Part shown: positions 46,684-55,285 of the stretch, one piece after another
Numbering within the stretch: the first letter of the stretch is position 1
How the letters are laid out: the number at the start of each line of letters is the position of its first letter
Assembly: GCA_031550605.1 (NCBI GenBank)
Contig: JAVBOK010000018.1
Span: 23,284 to 87,283 of the forward strand
DNA: 64,000 bases
Direction: 5' to 3'
From: Desulfovibrionaceae bacterium
Lineage (GTDB): Bacteria; Desulfobacterota; Desulfovibrionia; Desulfovibrionales; Desulfovibrionaceae
Notes under the pieces: generated by a model
Told to the model about the DNA's origin: nothing
The model's input: only the letters and a program-made list of their open reading frames with translations
Databases searched by the model: none
Translations under genes and position numbers: made by a program

Positions 46684-46836
46684 ATCACGGCGACCTCGAA
46701 GGCTGAATAGCCGGTACGCTACGAAAAGGGAAGGATAAGGTCAAGGCGGCGATCCCTTGGTTTCTCGTGCGAAATGCGCTATGGAAAAAGCACCGCCGTT
46801 CCGACGGCGCAACGCTAAGGCCAGGATACGTACCGC

Positions 46837-48294
46837 ATGATGCCGCTCCGCCGATTTGCCCCGGTTTCGCTCTTGGCTGCCGCTTTTCTTGCCGCGCCCC
46901 TTTCCTTGCCGGCCGCGCCGCCCGCGTCCGCGCCCCGGCCGGCCATCGCCCAACTGGCGGACAGGCTGGGGGAACCGCGCACCAACCTCGATTTCACCCT
47001 GCACCGCCTGGGACCGGGCAACGGCGCCACTCTGCTGGTGGTGGGCGGCATCCAGGGGGACGAGCCGGGCGGTTTTTCCGCGGCCTCGCTTCTGGTGACC
47101 AACTACGCCATCACTTCCGGTTCCGTCTGGGTGGTGCCCAACCTGAATTTTCCCAGCATCATCGAACGCAACCGGGGCGGCGCGACCGGCGACATGAACC
47201 GCAAATTCGCCCATGTGGACGTGGCGGACCCCGACTATCCCGCGGTACGCCGCATTCAGGACATCATCCGCGACCCCAGGGTCGACCTTATCCTCAACCT
47301 GCACGACGGTTCCGGCTTTTACCGCCCCACCTGGGAAAACGCCGCCCGCAACCCCAAACGCTGGGGCCAGTGCGTGATCATCGACCAGGAAAACGCCGAC
47401 GCGCCCGGCGCATACGGACATCTGGGCAAAATGGCCCGCACGGCGGTGCAGGACGCCAACAAAAAACTGCTCAAACCCGAACATCGCTATCACCTGAAAA
47501 ACACCGAAACCCGCAAGGGCGACCGGGAAATGGAAAAAACCCTCAGCTATTTCGCGGTACGCCACGGCAAACCGGCCTTCGGCGTCGAGGCCAGCAAGGA
47601 TTTCACCACCGAATACCGCAGCTACTACCACATCCAGATCATCGAATCCTTCATGCGTCAGATGGGCATCGGCTTCAAACGCAGTTTTCCCCTGACCCCT
47701 GTCGGGGTGAAAACGGCCATCAACAGCGACGTGGGCATCGCCCTGTACGACGACCGCCTGGTGCTGCCGCTGGACAACGTCCGGCCCTCCCTGGCGTACG
47801 TGCCGCTGAAAAAGGACGCCGCCGTGGCCCCCCGCTGCACCAAGCCCCTGCTGGCGGTGCTGAAAGACAGGGACAGCTGGAAGGTCGCGTACGGCAACCG
47901 CACCGTGACCCGCATCGTGCCCCAGTATATGGATTACGACGATTCCCTCGGCAGTCTGGAAATCGTGCGCGACGGCAAAAACGTCATCGTACCCGTGGGC
48001 GAAGTGGTGACCGTGAACGCGTCCTTCGCGGTCAAAAGCGTTCCCGGCTACCGGATCAACGCCATCGGCTCCACCCGGGAAAAAGCCGACGGCAGCGAAT
48101 GCGGCGTCACCTTGCGCAAGCAGGATTTCATGCCCCGCTTTTCCGTGGACAAAAACGCCAGCACCTACCGGGTGGAAGTATACAAGGACGGCGCCTTCGC
48201 CGGCATGATCCTGGTCCGTTTCGGCAAAACCCCGCCCGCCGCGCGCGAAACCATGACCGCCGGCAACGGGCCGGAATCGGATTTCGGATACTGA
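46837..48294 (+). CDS. secreted M14/M99-like metallocarboxypeptidase-family protein
   Basis: It has a signal peptide. GGIQGDEPGG...VPNLNFPS...DMNRKF resembles the zinc-carboxypeptidase / succinylglutamate desuccinylase-type catalytic core. The family call needs a search. Confidence 0.55.
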   Translation: MMPLRRFAPVSLLAAAFLAAPLSLPAAPPASAPRPAIAQLADRLGEPRTNLDFTLHRLGPGNGATLLVVGGIQGDEPGGFSAASLLVTNYAITSGSVWVVPNLNFPSIIERNRGGATGDMNRKFAHVDVADPDYPAVRRIQDIIRDPRVDLILNLHDGSGFYRPTWENAARNPKRWGQCVIIDQENADAPGAYGHLGKMARTAVQDANKKLLKPEHRYHLKNTETRKGDREMEKTLSYFAVRHGKPAFGVEASKDFTTEYRSYYHIQIIESFMRQMGIGFKRSFPLTPVGVKTAINSDVGIALYDDRLVLPLDNVRPSLAYVPLKKDAAVAPRCTKPLLAVLKDRDSWKVAYGNRTVTRIVPQYMDYDDSLGSLEIVRDGKNVIVPVGEVVTVNASFAVKSVPGYRINAIGSTREKADGSECGVTLRKQDFMPRFSVDKNASTYRVEVYKDGAFAGMILVRFGKTPPAARETMTAGNGPESDFGY

Positions 48295-48491
48295 GCATTC
48301 CATGCCTGGAACGCTCGCGCAAGGATGCGCCCGCGAATCCTTGCCGCCAAAGAGGAGCAGGCGAGCTTTGCCCGCCGGCAAACTGGCCGTCTCCGGTAGA
48401 ATGTTGCGGATATTGTTCAGTCTGCTATATATGGTCGCAGGTCCCTTTGCTTCACCCAAACGGCGCGCCTGCGCCCTGAAAGGAGAATACC

Positions 48492-49046
48492 ATGGCAGCA
48501 CCGAAAAATGATCGCGAAGCCCGGAAACAGAAAATCATTGATGTCCTGAACAAGGCCCGGGCCATGGAACTTTTCGCCATCACCCAGTACATGCATCAGC
48601 ATTACACCCTGGATGACGCGGATTACGGCGAACTGGCCGCCAACATGAAACGCATCGCCATCGACGAAATGACCCATGCGGAAATGTTCGCCGAGCGCAT
48701 CAAGGATCTGGGCGGCGACGCCACCACCGAACGCGACGGCAAAGTGGTCAAGGGACAGGACGTACGCAAAATCTATCCCTTTGATTCCGGCACCGAACTG
48801 GACACCATCGACGCGTACAACCAGTTCCAGTCCATCTGTAGGGAATGCGGCGATTCCGTCAGCGCCAAGCTGTTCGAAACCGTCATCGCGGAAGAGCAGG
48901 TCCACCAGACGTATTTTGACAATGTGGCCAACCACATCAAGAGCCTGGGCGACACATACCTGTCGAAAATAGCGGGCACCAGCGCTTCCACCGGCGGCAC
49001 CACCAAGGGATTCGTCGCCAACCAGGGCGGCGCGGCCGCGGGTTGA
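48492..49046 (+). CDS. bfr: bacterioferritin / ferritin-like diiron protein
   Basis: ATG 48492 has AAAGGAG upstream. Motifs include LNKARAMELFAITQYMHQH, AIDEMTHAEMFAERI and IAEEQVHQ (EExH ferroxidase ligands). It ends in a Gly-rich C-terminal tail. Confidence 0.8.
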   Translation: MAAPKNDREARKQKIIDVLNKARAMELFAITQYMHQHYTLDDADYGELAANMKRIAIDEMTHAEMFAERIKDLGGDATTERDGKVVKGQDVRKIYPFDSGTELDTIDAYNQFQSICRECGDSVSAKLFETVIAEEQVHQTYFDNVANHIKSLGDTYLSKIAGTSASTGGTTKGFVANQGGAAAG

Positions 49047-49054
49047 CGGAACCG

Positions 49055-49136
49055 GCGGGGGAAGGAGAAAAAACTTTTTTGCAAACAGTTTTTTCTCCGT
49101 CCCCCGCGCTTCGTCTTTCTTTTTTCAAAACGTTTT
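49055..49136 (+). terminator. rho-independent terminator after bfr
   Basis: A roughly 20-bp stem GCGGGGGAAGGAGAAAAAAC / GTTTTTTCTCCGTCCCCCGC with one mismatch, followed by T-rich cttcgtctttcttttttc. Confidence 0.7.
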
Positions 49137-49163
49137 GGCGACTCTGGCGGAACAGGAGGGAAC

Positions 49164-50183
49164 ATGGCTTTCGTGAAATGGACCGCGCCGGAAATTTTCA
49201 AACTGTCCGCGGCATACTGGCCCAGTTGCGCCGTGCACGCGGCCGTCTCTCTGGACCTGTTCACCGTTCTGGACAGGGCCGAAAAACAGGGCAGGGCGCT
49301 GAGTTCCGCCGCTCTGGCAAAACGCCTGCGCTGCAACGCGCGGGCCACGGGCATGCTGGCCACCGCCCTGGTTGCCCTGGGCTTTCTGGAACGGGACGGC
49401 GAAACCCTGCGCCTGGCCCCGGAAATCGGCCGCTACCTGTCCGCGCTTTCGCCGGAATACGTGGGCTTCATCATCAGGCACCACGGCCACATCATGCCCG
49501 GCTGGGTCAAACTGGCCGAAGCCGTGCGCACCGGAGGGCGCATGCGGGACAATTCCTCTTCCGATACCGAAAGCGAAGAGGAACGGGAAGCCTTTCTCAT
49601 GGGCATGTTCAACATCGCCGTGGGCCAGGCCGATTCCGTGGCCGCCAGCCTTGACCTTTCCGGCAGAAAACGCCTGCTGGACCTGGGCGGCGGCCCCGGC
49701 ACCTATGCCGTGTATTTCTGCCGCCACAATGCGGAACTGACTGCCACCGTCTTTGATCTGCCCACATCGGAAAGCTTCGCGCGGGGCGTGATCAAACGTT
49801 TCGACCTGCAAAAGCGCGTGGATTTCACGGGCGGCGATTTTCTGAAAAGCAAGCTGCCCACGGGGTACGATGTGGCCTGGCTGTCGCAGATCCTGCACGG
49901 CGAATCCCCGAAGGATGCGGCCAGGCTGGTCAAGCGCGCGGGCAAAACCCTGAACAGAGGGGGATTGCTCTGCGTGCAGGAATTCATTCTGGACGACGAT
50001 CTGAGCGGCCCGGCCCATTCCGCTCTGTTCTCCCTGAACATGCTGGTGGGCACCATCGGCGGGCAAAGCTACTCGCAATCGGAAATCGCGGCCATGCTGC
50101 GGGATGCGGGCGCGGTGAACATCCGCCGCGTGGAGGCGGCGCTGCCGCCGGGTTGCGGGATCATGGCCGGCGAAATGCGCTGA
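49164..50183 (+). CDS. class I SAM-dependent O-methyltransferase (dimerisation domain plus family-2 OMT fold)
   Basis: ATG 49164 has AGGAGGG upstream. It carries the SAM motif LLDLGGGPGTYAV and FDLP..., GDFL. Substrate is unknown. Confidence 0.7.
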   Translation: MAFVKWTAPEIFKLSAAYWPSCAVHAAVSLDLFTVLDRAEKQGRALSSAALAKRLRCNARATGMLATALVALGFLERDGETLRLAPEIGRYLSALSPEYVGFIIRHHGHIMPGWVKLAEAVRTGGRMRDNSSSDTESEEEREAFLMGMFNIAVGQADSVAASLDLSGRKRLLDLGGGPGTYAVYFCRHNAELTATVFDLPTSESFARGVIKRFDLQKRVDFTGGDFLKSKLPTGYDVAWLSQILHGESPKDAARLVKRAGKTLNRGGLLCVQEFILDDDLSGPAHSALFSLNMLVGTIGGQSYSQSEIAAMLRDAGAVNIRRVEAALPPGCGIMAGEMR

Positions 50184-50189
50184 CCGCCC

Positions 50190-50345
50190 GCCCCGCGGGC
50201 GGCATTCATTGCCGCGGCGGGCGCCGGAGCGGGCGTGCCGTGGCAAATCCCGGCTGTGCGGGGGTTGCCAGAGGTCTGCGGACAGCGCGTGGAGCGCGCT
50301 GTCCGGCCTTTTCTTTGTCCGCCGGGGCAATGCCCGCGTTTCGCC
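50190..50345 (+). repeat. family A repeat, copy 5 (variant central hairpin)
   Basis: gcgggcggcattcattgccg...cgccggagcgggcg...ccggctgtgcggg aligns with the reverse complement of 13020..13110. H1 is replaced by GGACAGCGCG-tggag-CGCGCTGTCC (50283..50309). Confidence 0.65.
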
Positions 50346-50353
50346 TCTGTCTT

Positions 50354-51121
50354 TCAGACAGCCAGGGCGGACCGCAGCATGTCGCCCACAGAGGCGTACT
50401 CCGCCCGGGCTTCGCGCCGGACTTCCTCGTCCGCGCCGGCCACCGTGACCCCGCTGAAACGCCGGATCATGGGCAGATCGTTGCGGCCGTCGCCCACGGC
50501 CAGCAGCCCTTCCTCCGGCCAGCCCTTGGCCGCCAGCAGCGCGTTGAGGCCCGTGGCCTTGCTGATGCCGGCCCGCGCGACATCGATGCACCAGCCGTTC
50601 TGGTAGGCGTGCAGGGCTCCGTCGAAAACCTCGTTCAGATCGCGGGCGTGCATCGCGGCCTGCGCCGCATCCGGATAGGTCAGGCTGATCTGCTGCACGC
50701 CCCGCATGGCCGCGGCCTGCGCCATGGTGACTTTCGTGTACGGTACATTCAGTTTGGGGTACCAGGACCCGGTCCCGTTAAGGTGCAGATACGCCGTGCC
50801 GTCCGCGAACACCGCGCAATGCTGGGACGCTTCGGCCGCGGGATGCGCCAGCAGGCGGGGCACCGCCGCGTCGTCGATATCCGTCCTGTGCAGCACCGAC
50901 AAATCGCCGTCGTACACAATGGCTCCGGTGGCGCAGACCAGAAAGTCGAATCCGATGTCCCAGCGGACAATTTCCGGCAGCAGCATGGACAGATCACGGC
51001 CCGTGGCGATGCCGAAAACGTTGCCCGCCGCGCGCCAGGCGCGGATGGCCGCGACGGTTTCCGGAGCGATGGCCCCCCGCATGTTGAGGGTGCCGTCATA
51101 ATCGCTGGCGGCGATACGCAT
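50354..51121 (-). CDS. Cof-type HAD-IIB family hydrolase
   Basis: ATG 51121 has GGGAGAA upstream. Motifs include MRIAASDYDGTL (DxDGT nucleophile motif), ATGR and GDGRND. Confidence 0.8.
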   Translation of the reverse strand: MRIAASDYDGTLNMRGAIAPETVAAIRAWRAAGNVFGIATGRDLSMLLPEIVRWDIGFDFLVCATGAIVYDGDLSVLHRTDIDDAAVPRLLAHPAAEASQHCAVFADGTAYLHLNGTGSWYPKLNVPYTKVTMAQAAAMRGVQQISLTYPDAAQAAMHARDLNEVFDGALHAYQNGWCIDVARAGISKATGLNALLAAKGWPEEGLLAVGDGRNDLPMIRRFSGVTVAGADEEVRREARAEYASVGDMLRSALAV

Positions 51122-51336
51122 GGTTGGTTTCTCCCGAGATGATCTGCCGGCAGGATAATCCCGGCGGCGCGATGAGGCAAGCCGGCTGCCGCCGGGTTGC
51201 TTTCGTCCTTGCGCGCGGGGGAAAAATTTTTTGAAAAAGGGCCTGCCCCCCTTGCTTTCCGAAAACCACGAGAGTAAAGGCAGTCCACCCTCGACACTCT
51301 GCCGTGGGAACACTAATCCGGTATGGAGTCACTGTT

Positions 51337-51591
51337 ATGAAAGCGTCTTTTTGGCTGTCTCTGGTTCTGGCTTGCGCCCTGGCGTTCCCTGTCGCCTCCT
51401 TTGCGGCGGATGCCGACGCGGCTCCGGCCGCCAAGACCGAAAAGAAAGTGCAGAAGAAAAAGACCGCGAAAAAGGCTGACGGCGCCAAGGCGGTGAAGAA
51501 GGAAAAGAAAGCGAAGAAAGCCGACGCCGCCCCCCAAAAGGGAAAAAAGGCCCGGACGAAGAAAGCCAAAGCCGAGAAGCAGCCCGCCTGA
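51337..51591 (+). CDS. small secreted lysine/alanine-rich protein
   Basis: ATG 51337 has GGAG upstream. The signal peptide MKASFWLSLVLACALAFPVASFA is followed by about 60 residues dominated by K, A, E and T (KTEKKVQKKKTAKKADGAKAVKKEKKAKKAD...). Confidence 0.55.
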   Translation: MKASFWLSLVLACALAFPVASFAADADAAPAAKTEKKVQKKKTAKKADGAKAVKKEKKAKKADAAPQKGKKARTKKAKAEKQPA

Positions 51592-51699
51592 GTTTGACGA
51601 AAGATGCACGACCGCGAGGCCCGGAACGTCGTTTCGGGCCTTGTTTTTCAGAGCGGCTCCACTGTGAAAATGCCCCGGGGCATTCCGCCTCCGGTACGC

Positions 51700-51892
51700 G
51701 CCGGAGCGGACACGCCTTTGCGCAGCGCGGCGTTGCGGGGTTTGTTCGCAAACTCGGCGCGTTTTCCCCGTGAACATCCCGGCGGATACGGGGCGCGGCG
51801 AAGTATCCACCCGAAGGCACGCGGCGCGGCGCGCCTTCGGGACAGGCCGCTTCGCTTTGCCCGCATACGGGAAAAGATGCATTGCGGCATTG
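51700..51892 (-). repeat. family A repeat, copy 6
   Basis: The reverse complement reads gcatcttttcccgtatgcgggcaaagcgaagcggcctgtcccgaaggcgcgc...ggtggatacttcgccgcgccccgtatccgccgg...ggggaaaacgcgcc. H2 retains pairing with one G-U position in this orientation. Confidence 0.7.
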
Positions 51893-51948
51893 TTCCGTCC
51901 GCGCGCAATACCGTCCGCTGAAGCCGGACCGCCGCGGCGGATTCTGGT

Positions 51949-53112
51949 TCAACGCGGAAGCAGAATGTACACCGCCCCTTTGGCGTCCAGGTGCCCGGCC
52001 ACATGGGCGGCCTCGTCCCCCGCGCCGCAGAACAGGTCCATGCGGTTTCCCTTGATGGCCCCGCCGGAATCCTGCGGCAGGGTCAGGGCCGGGAAAGGCC
52101 GGGTATGCCGCCCGTCCGGCCCCGGCAGGGGGGCCAGAATCATGGTCAGGCTGCCCTGGGGCACGGTGCCGCGGTCAACCGCCAGGCTGACCCAGGGCGT
52201 AAGCGCTTTGCCCATGCTGCCGACGGGGCCGGATGCCGCCTCGCGAAAAAACACGTAGCTGGGGTTTTCATCGAACAGGGCGGAACGCTGTTCCGGGTGC
52301 AGGGCCAGGTATTCGCGAATGGCGCGCATATTCACCCCGTCCTCGGGCAGAAGGCCCCGCTCTTTCATCACCCGGCCCAGCGAAACGTAAGGCCGGTTGT
52401 TCTTTCCCGCGTACAGCACGTGGCTGACGGACCCGTCCGCAAAGCGCAGCCGGCCGGAACCCTGCACGTGCAGAAAAAAGGCATCGGTCTCGTCCACGTA
52501 TGCGATTTCAAGCCCCCGGCCGCGCAGAGCGCCCCGGCGGTCGATGGCGTTGCGGCTGTGATAGGGCACGCCGCTTCTCAGATCCGGCGGCAGGCGGTAC
52601 AGCGGATACTCCAGAAACGGGGCGGGTTTGCGCCCGGCCTTCAGGGTGGGTTCGTAATAGCCCGTGAAGGAAAAGTCGGGCCCCAGCCGCAGCCACCGGA
52701 AATGCCGGGCCAAAAGCTGCGGGTCGGCATCCAGCCGCGGCAGCAGCGAACGGAGCAGAGCCAGCCCCCGGGCCATCTCGCCCCAGGTCGCGGTCAGGCC
52801 GGGCCGGCTCAGGGCCACGGCCGCCGCCGGTTTTGCGGATGCGAAAGCCAGGCTCTGGCTGACCGCGAAATCCATATCCCGCCAGGACCGCAGGCCCTGT
52901 GCCGCCGGGGCCAGTTGCCGGACCAGCCTTGCCGCCTCGTCGGGGGCAAGGGGCAGGGAACAGGCGGCATCCAGAGGTTCGAACAGCGCAATGGGGGGGA
53001 TGCGCGCGCCCGGACCGGCGGGCTGCCCGTCCGTCAGAACCTGTTTGCCGCAGCCCTTGAAACAGAGCAGCAGCGCGAGCACGCAGGCCGCCCTGAAAAA
53101 AAAACGCTTCAT
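51949..53112 (-). CDS. mltA: membrane-bound lytic murein transglycosylase A (lipoprotein)
   Basis: ATG 53112 has GAGGGAG upstream. The lipobox is LLCFKGC. MltA-domain features include YYEP..., LHVQGSGRL and SLAVD...P, with a C-terminal 3D-domain DSGGAIKGNRMDLF. Confidence 0.85.
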   Translation of the reverse strand: MKRFFFRAACVLALLLCFKGCGKQVLTDGQPAGPGARIPPIALFEPLDAACSLPLAPDEAARLVRQLAPAAQGLRSWRDMDFAVSQSLAFASAKPAAAVALSRPGLTATWGEMARGLALLRSLLPRLDADPQLLARHFRWLRLGPDFSFTGYYEPTLKAGRKPAPFLEYPLYRLPPDLRSGVPYHSRNAIDRRGALRGRGLEIAYVDETDAFFLHVQGSGRLRFADGSVSHVLYAGKNNRPYVSLGRVMKERGLLPEDGVNMRAIREYLALHPEQRSALFDENPSYVFFREAASGPVGSMGKALTPWVSLAVDRGTVPQGSLTMILAPLPGPDGRHTRPFPALTLPQDSGGAIKGNRMDLFCGAGDEAAHVAGHLDAKGAVYILLPR

Positions 53113-53191
53113 CGTCACCCGCTCCCTCGTTCCGCCTTTTCCGGCGATGGAACTGCAACGCGCTTACCCCGCCGCCGCCGTTTTGGCAACA

Positions 53192-53341
53192 CCTGACGCG
53201 GGATCACGCCAAATTCAACTGTCCGGCAGCGGCTCAATTTGGCGTCAGCCAAGGAAGGCGCGTTCCGCGCGGAGCGAAGTGTATCAGAACATACATGAGC
53301 TTCGCGCGGGACGCGCCTGACGCGGGATCACGCCAAATTCA
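53192..53341 (+). repeat. family B repeat, copy 1, bracketed by a perfect 26-bp direct repeat
   Basis: CCTGACGCGGGATCACGCCAAATTCA occurs at 53192..53217 and again at 53316..53341. The core at 53255..53338 matches 55130..55212. Confidence 0.8.
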
Positions 53342-53424
53342 GCCGCTGCCCGGTTTTGTTTTTCCTTGCGGGCCGATGCCGGTACGTCATATGTGTACCC
53401 GATTGCCACAACGGAGTATTGACG

Positions 53425-53838
53425 ATGAACGAAACCGCATCCCCTTGCGAAATCTGGTGCCCCCACCGCGTGTCCTACGGCGAGACCGACGCCATGGGCG
53501 TGGTGTATTATGCCGAATACCTGCATTTTTTCGAGCGCGCGCGCAGCGAGCTGATCCGCGCGCGCGGCCTTTCGTACAGCGAAGTGGAAAAGCGCGGTTT
53601 TTTCCTGCCCGTGCGCGAAGCCTCCTGCCGCTACCGTTCCCCGGCCCGCTACGACGATCTGGTGTACGTTCACGCCCGCATATCCGAATGGGGACGGGCT
53701 TCCGTGACCTTCGGCTACACCCTGTTCGACGAGAGCAGGACACGGGCGCTGGCCGCGGGCGCGACCCAGCACGCCTGCGTGGACGCTTCCGGACGCCCCG
53801 TGCCCGTGCCGGGCTGGCTGAAAGAACTGCTGTCCTGA
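53425..53838 (+). CDS. YbgC/4HBT-family acyl-CoA thioesterase
   Basis: ATG 53425 has GGAG upstream. The sequence HRVSYGETDAMGVVYYAEYLHFFERARSE is the hotdog-fold thioesterase signature. Confidence 0.8.
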   Translation: MNETASPCEIWCPHRVSYGETDAMGVVYYAEYLHFFERARSELIRARGLSYSEVEKRGFFLPVREASCRYRSPARYDDLVYVHARISEWGRASVTFGYTLFDESRTRALAAGATQHACVDASGRPVPVPGWLKELLS

Positions 53839-54638
53839 TGCGCACCGACATCCATACCCACATCTTCCACCCGGCCGTGGCCGCCAAAGCGGTGGGGCGC
53901 ATCGCGGCCGTGGGTTTTACCCCTGTGGGAACAGGAATTTTCGACGACCTGCTGCCCCGGCTGGCCCGGGCGGGCATCAGCCGCGCGGCCGTGCACATCG
54001 CGGCCCTGTCCGGCGATCAGGTCATTGCGGCCAACAATTTCGCCCTGTCCCTGCTGCGCGGCCCATCGCCCGGAGCGGCCGCGCCGCGTCTTGTGCCTTT
54101 CGGCACCGTGCATCCGGACCACCCCCGCTGGCCAGAAGAGCTGGACCGCCTGGAACGGGCCGGCGTCAGGGGGATCAAGCTGCATCCCAACTTCCAGAAT
54201 CTGGCCTTTGACGACCCCCGGCTGCTCCCGGTCATGGAGGCTGTCGGCACGCGCTTTTGCCTGATGTGCCATGTGGGGTGCGAACCGCCGCTGGAAAAAA
54301 ATCCGGCCAGCCCGTACAAATTACGGGCACTTGTCGATCGCTTTCCGAAAGCCCGGATCATCGCGGCCCACATGGGCGGGTACGCCGACGGCGCGGCCGC
54401 TCTGGACGCCCTGGCCGGCCGCGACATCTGGTTGGACACGTCCAATACGCACGCCTTGCCCGAATCCGCGTTGCGCGCCATTTTCAAGGCGCATCCCAGG
54501 GATCGCATCCTGTTCGGCAGCGATTATCCCCTGTTCGACCCGGCAGCGGAAATCCCGCTGCAGCAACGGCGCCTGGGCATCCCGGACGCGGAAATGGAAA
54601 GGCTGCTGCGCAACGCGGACGCGCTGCTGGACGCCTGA
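53838..54638 (+). CDS. amidohydrolase-family (TIM-barrel metal-dependent hydrolase) protein
   Basis: The start overlaps the thioesterase stop (TGATG). Motifs include MRTDIHTHIFHP, IKLHPNFQ, AHMGG and FGSDYPL. Confidence 0.7.
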   Translation: MRTDIHTHIFHPAVAAKAVGRIAAVGFTPVGTGIFDDLLPRLARAGISRAAVHIAALSGDQVIAANNFALSLLRGPSPGAAAPRLVPFGTVHPDHPRWPEELDRLERAGVRGIKLHPNFQNLAFDDPRLLPVMEAVGTRFCLMCHVGCEPPLEKNPASPYKLRALVDRFPKARIIAAHMGGYADGAAALDALAGRDIWLDTSNTHALPESALRAIFKAHPRDRILFGSDYPLFDPAAEIPLQQRRLGIPDAEMERLLRNADALLDA

Positions 54639-54721
54639 CCCGGCGGCAGTTCCACGCGGCCGCCGGCGCCGGAAACGCGCGCGCCGTTCTGGAAGTTATC
54701 GGAGGCTTTCCACGAGAAAGG

Positions 54722-55069
54722 CTACTCCAGAACCGTTTCCCCGTGCGTGTATCCGGGGCAGCAGACACAGAGCAAGCGCAGGCGGGTTGCGGCCCTGAGG
54801 TAATGACGGCATCCCCCGGGCAGCAAAAAATACCGGTGCGGACCGAAATCGTGCGGCGCGCCGTCGATGACCAGCGTTCCTTCGCCCTCCAGGCCGTAGT
54901 AGATTTCGTCAAACGCCGTGTGCCGGTGTTCCGCCGTCACGGCGCCCGCTTCCACCACGGCTTCGGCCAGGCTCATGCCCAGCCCCGGCACGAAGGAGGG
55001 GTGCAGAAGCTCGCGGACAAGGCTTTTGTCTTTGGTCACATAGGCTTCGGGCGCGGGAAGTTCCTGCAT
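54722..55069 (-). CDS. cupin-domain protein
   Basis: ATG 55069. The cupin motifs are AEHRHTAFDEIYYGLEGEG...G..HY. Confidence 0.65.
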   Translation of the reverse strand: MQELPAPEAYVTKDKSLVRELLHPSFVPGLGMSLAEAVVEAGAVTAEHRHTAFDEIYYGLEGEGTLVIDGAPHDFGPHRYFLLPGGCRHYLRAATRLRLLCVCCPGYTHGETVLE

Positions 55070-55129
55070 TCTCTTTTCCCCTTTCGCGCCGCATGCTGCG
55101 GCAGCGCGCCAGTCCGCCGCCGGGCAAAA

Positions 55130-55212
55130 AAGGCGCGTTCCGCGCGGAGCGGAGTGTATCGGGACATCCATGAGTTTTGCCCGGAATCCGTCCGGCGCGG
55201 CATCACGCCAAT
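55130..55212 (+). repeat. family B repeat, copy 2
   Basis: aaggcgcgttccgcgcggagcggagtgtatcgggacatccatgagttttgcccggaatccgtccggcgcggcatcacgccaat is roughly four-fifths identical by eye to 53255..53338. Confidence 0.75.
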
Positions 55213-55285
55213 CCGGGCCGCCGCCTTGATTTTTTCAGGTTTGCACGTCATAGACAAGAGAACATTTTTTCCGCGAAACCACAGC

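Noticed and set aside
46684-46836. SRP (4.5S) RNA upstream of dnaX, as in the conserved ffs-dnaX-ybaB-recR arrangement of some bacteria
   Set aside because: The spacer has pairing ends (cggtacg / cgtaccg), but I could not find the conserved GGAA tetraloop / AGCA symmetric-loop motif on either strand. A covariance-model scan would settle it.
48300-48491. Fur or PerR box upstream of bfr
   Set aside because: Only a weak AT-rich patch (agaatgttgcggatattgttca) is present, with no convincing 19-bp palindrome.
1268-51892. Family A/B repeats interpreted as a CRISPR array or as coding for a conserved peptide
   Set aside because: The copies are tens of kb apart and occur in both orientations. They are imperfect, have no regular spacers and are hairpin-dominated. 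The recurring peptide strings in the six-frame track appear in different frames and strands and follow from nucleotide repetition.
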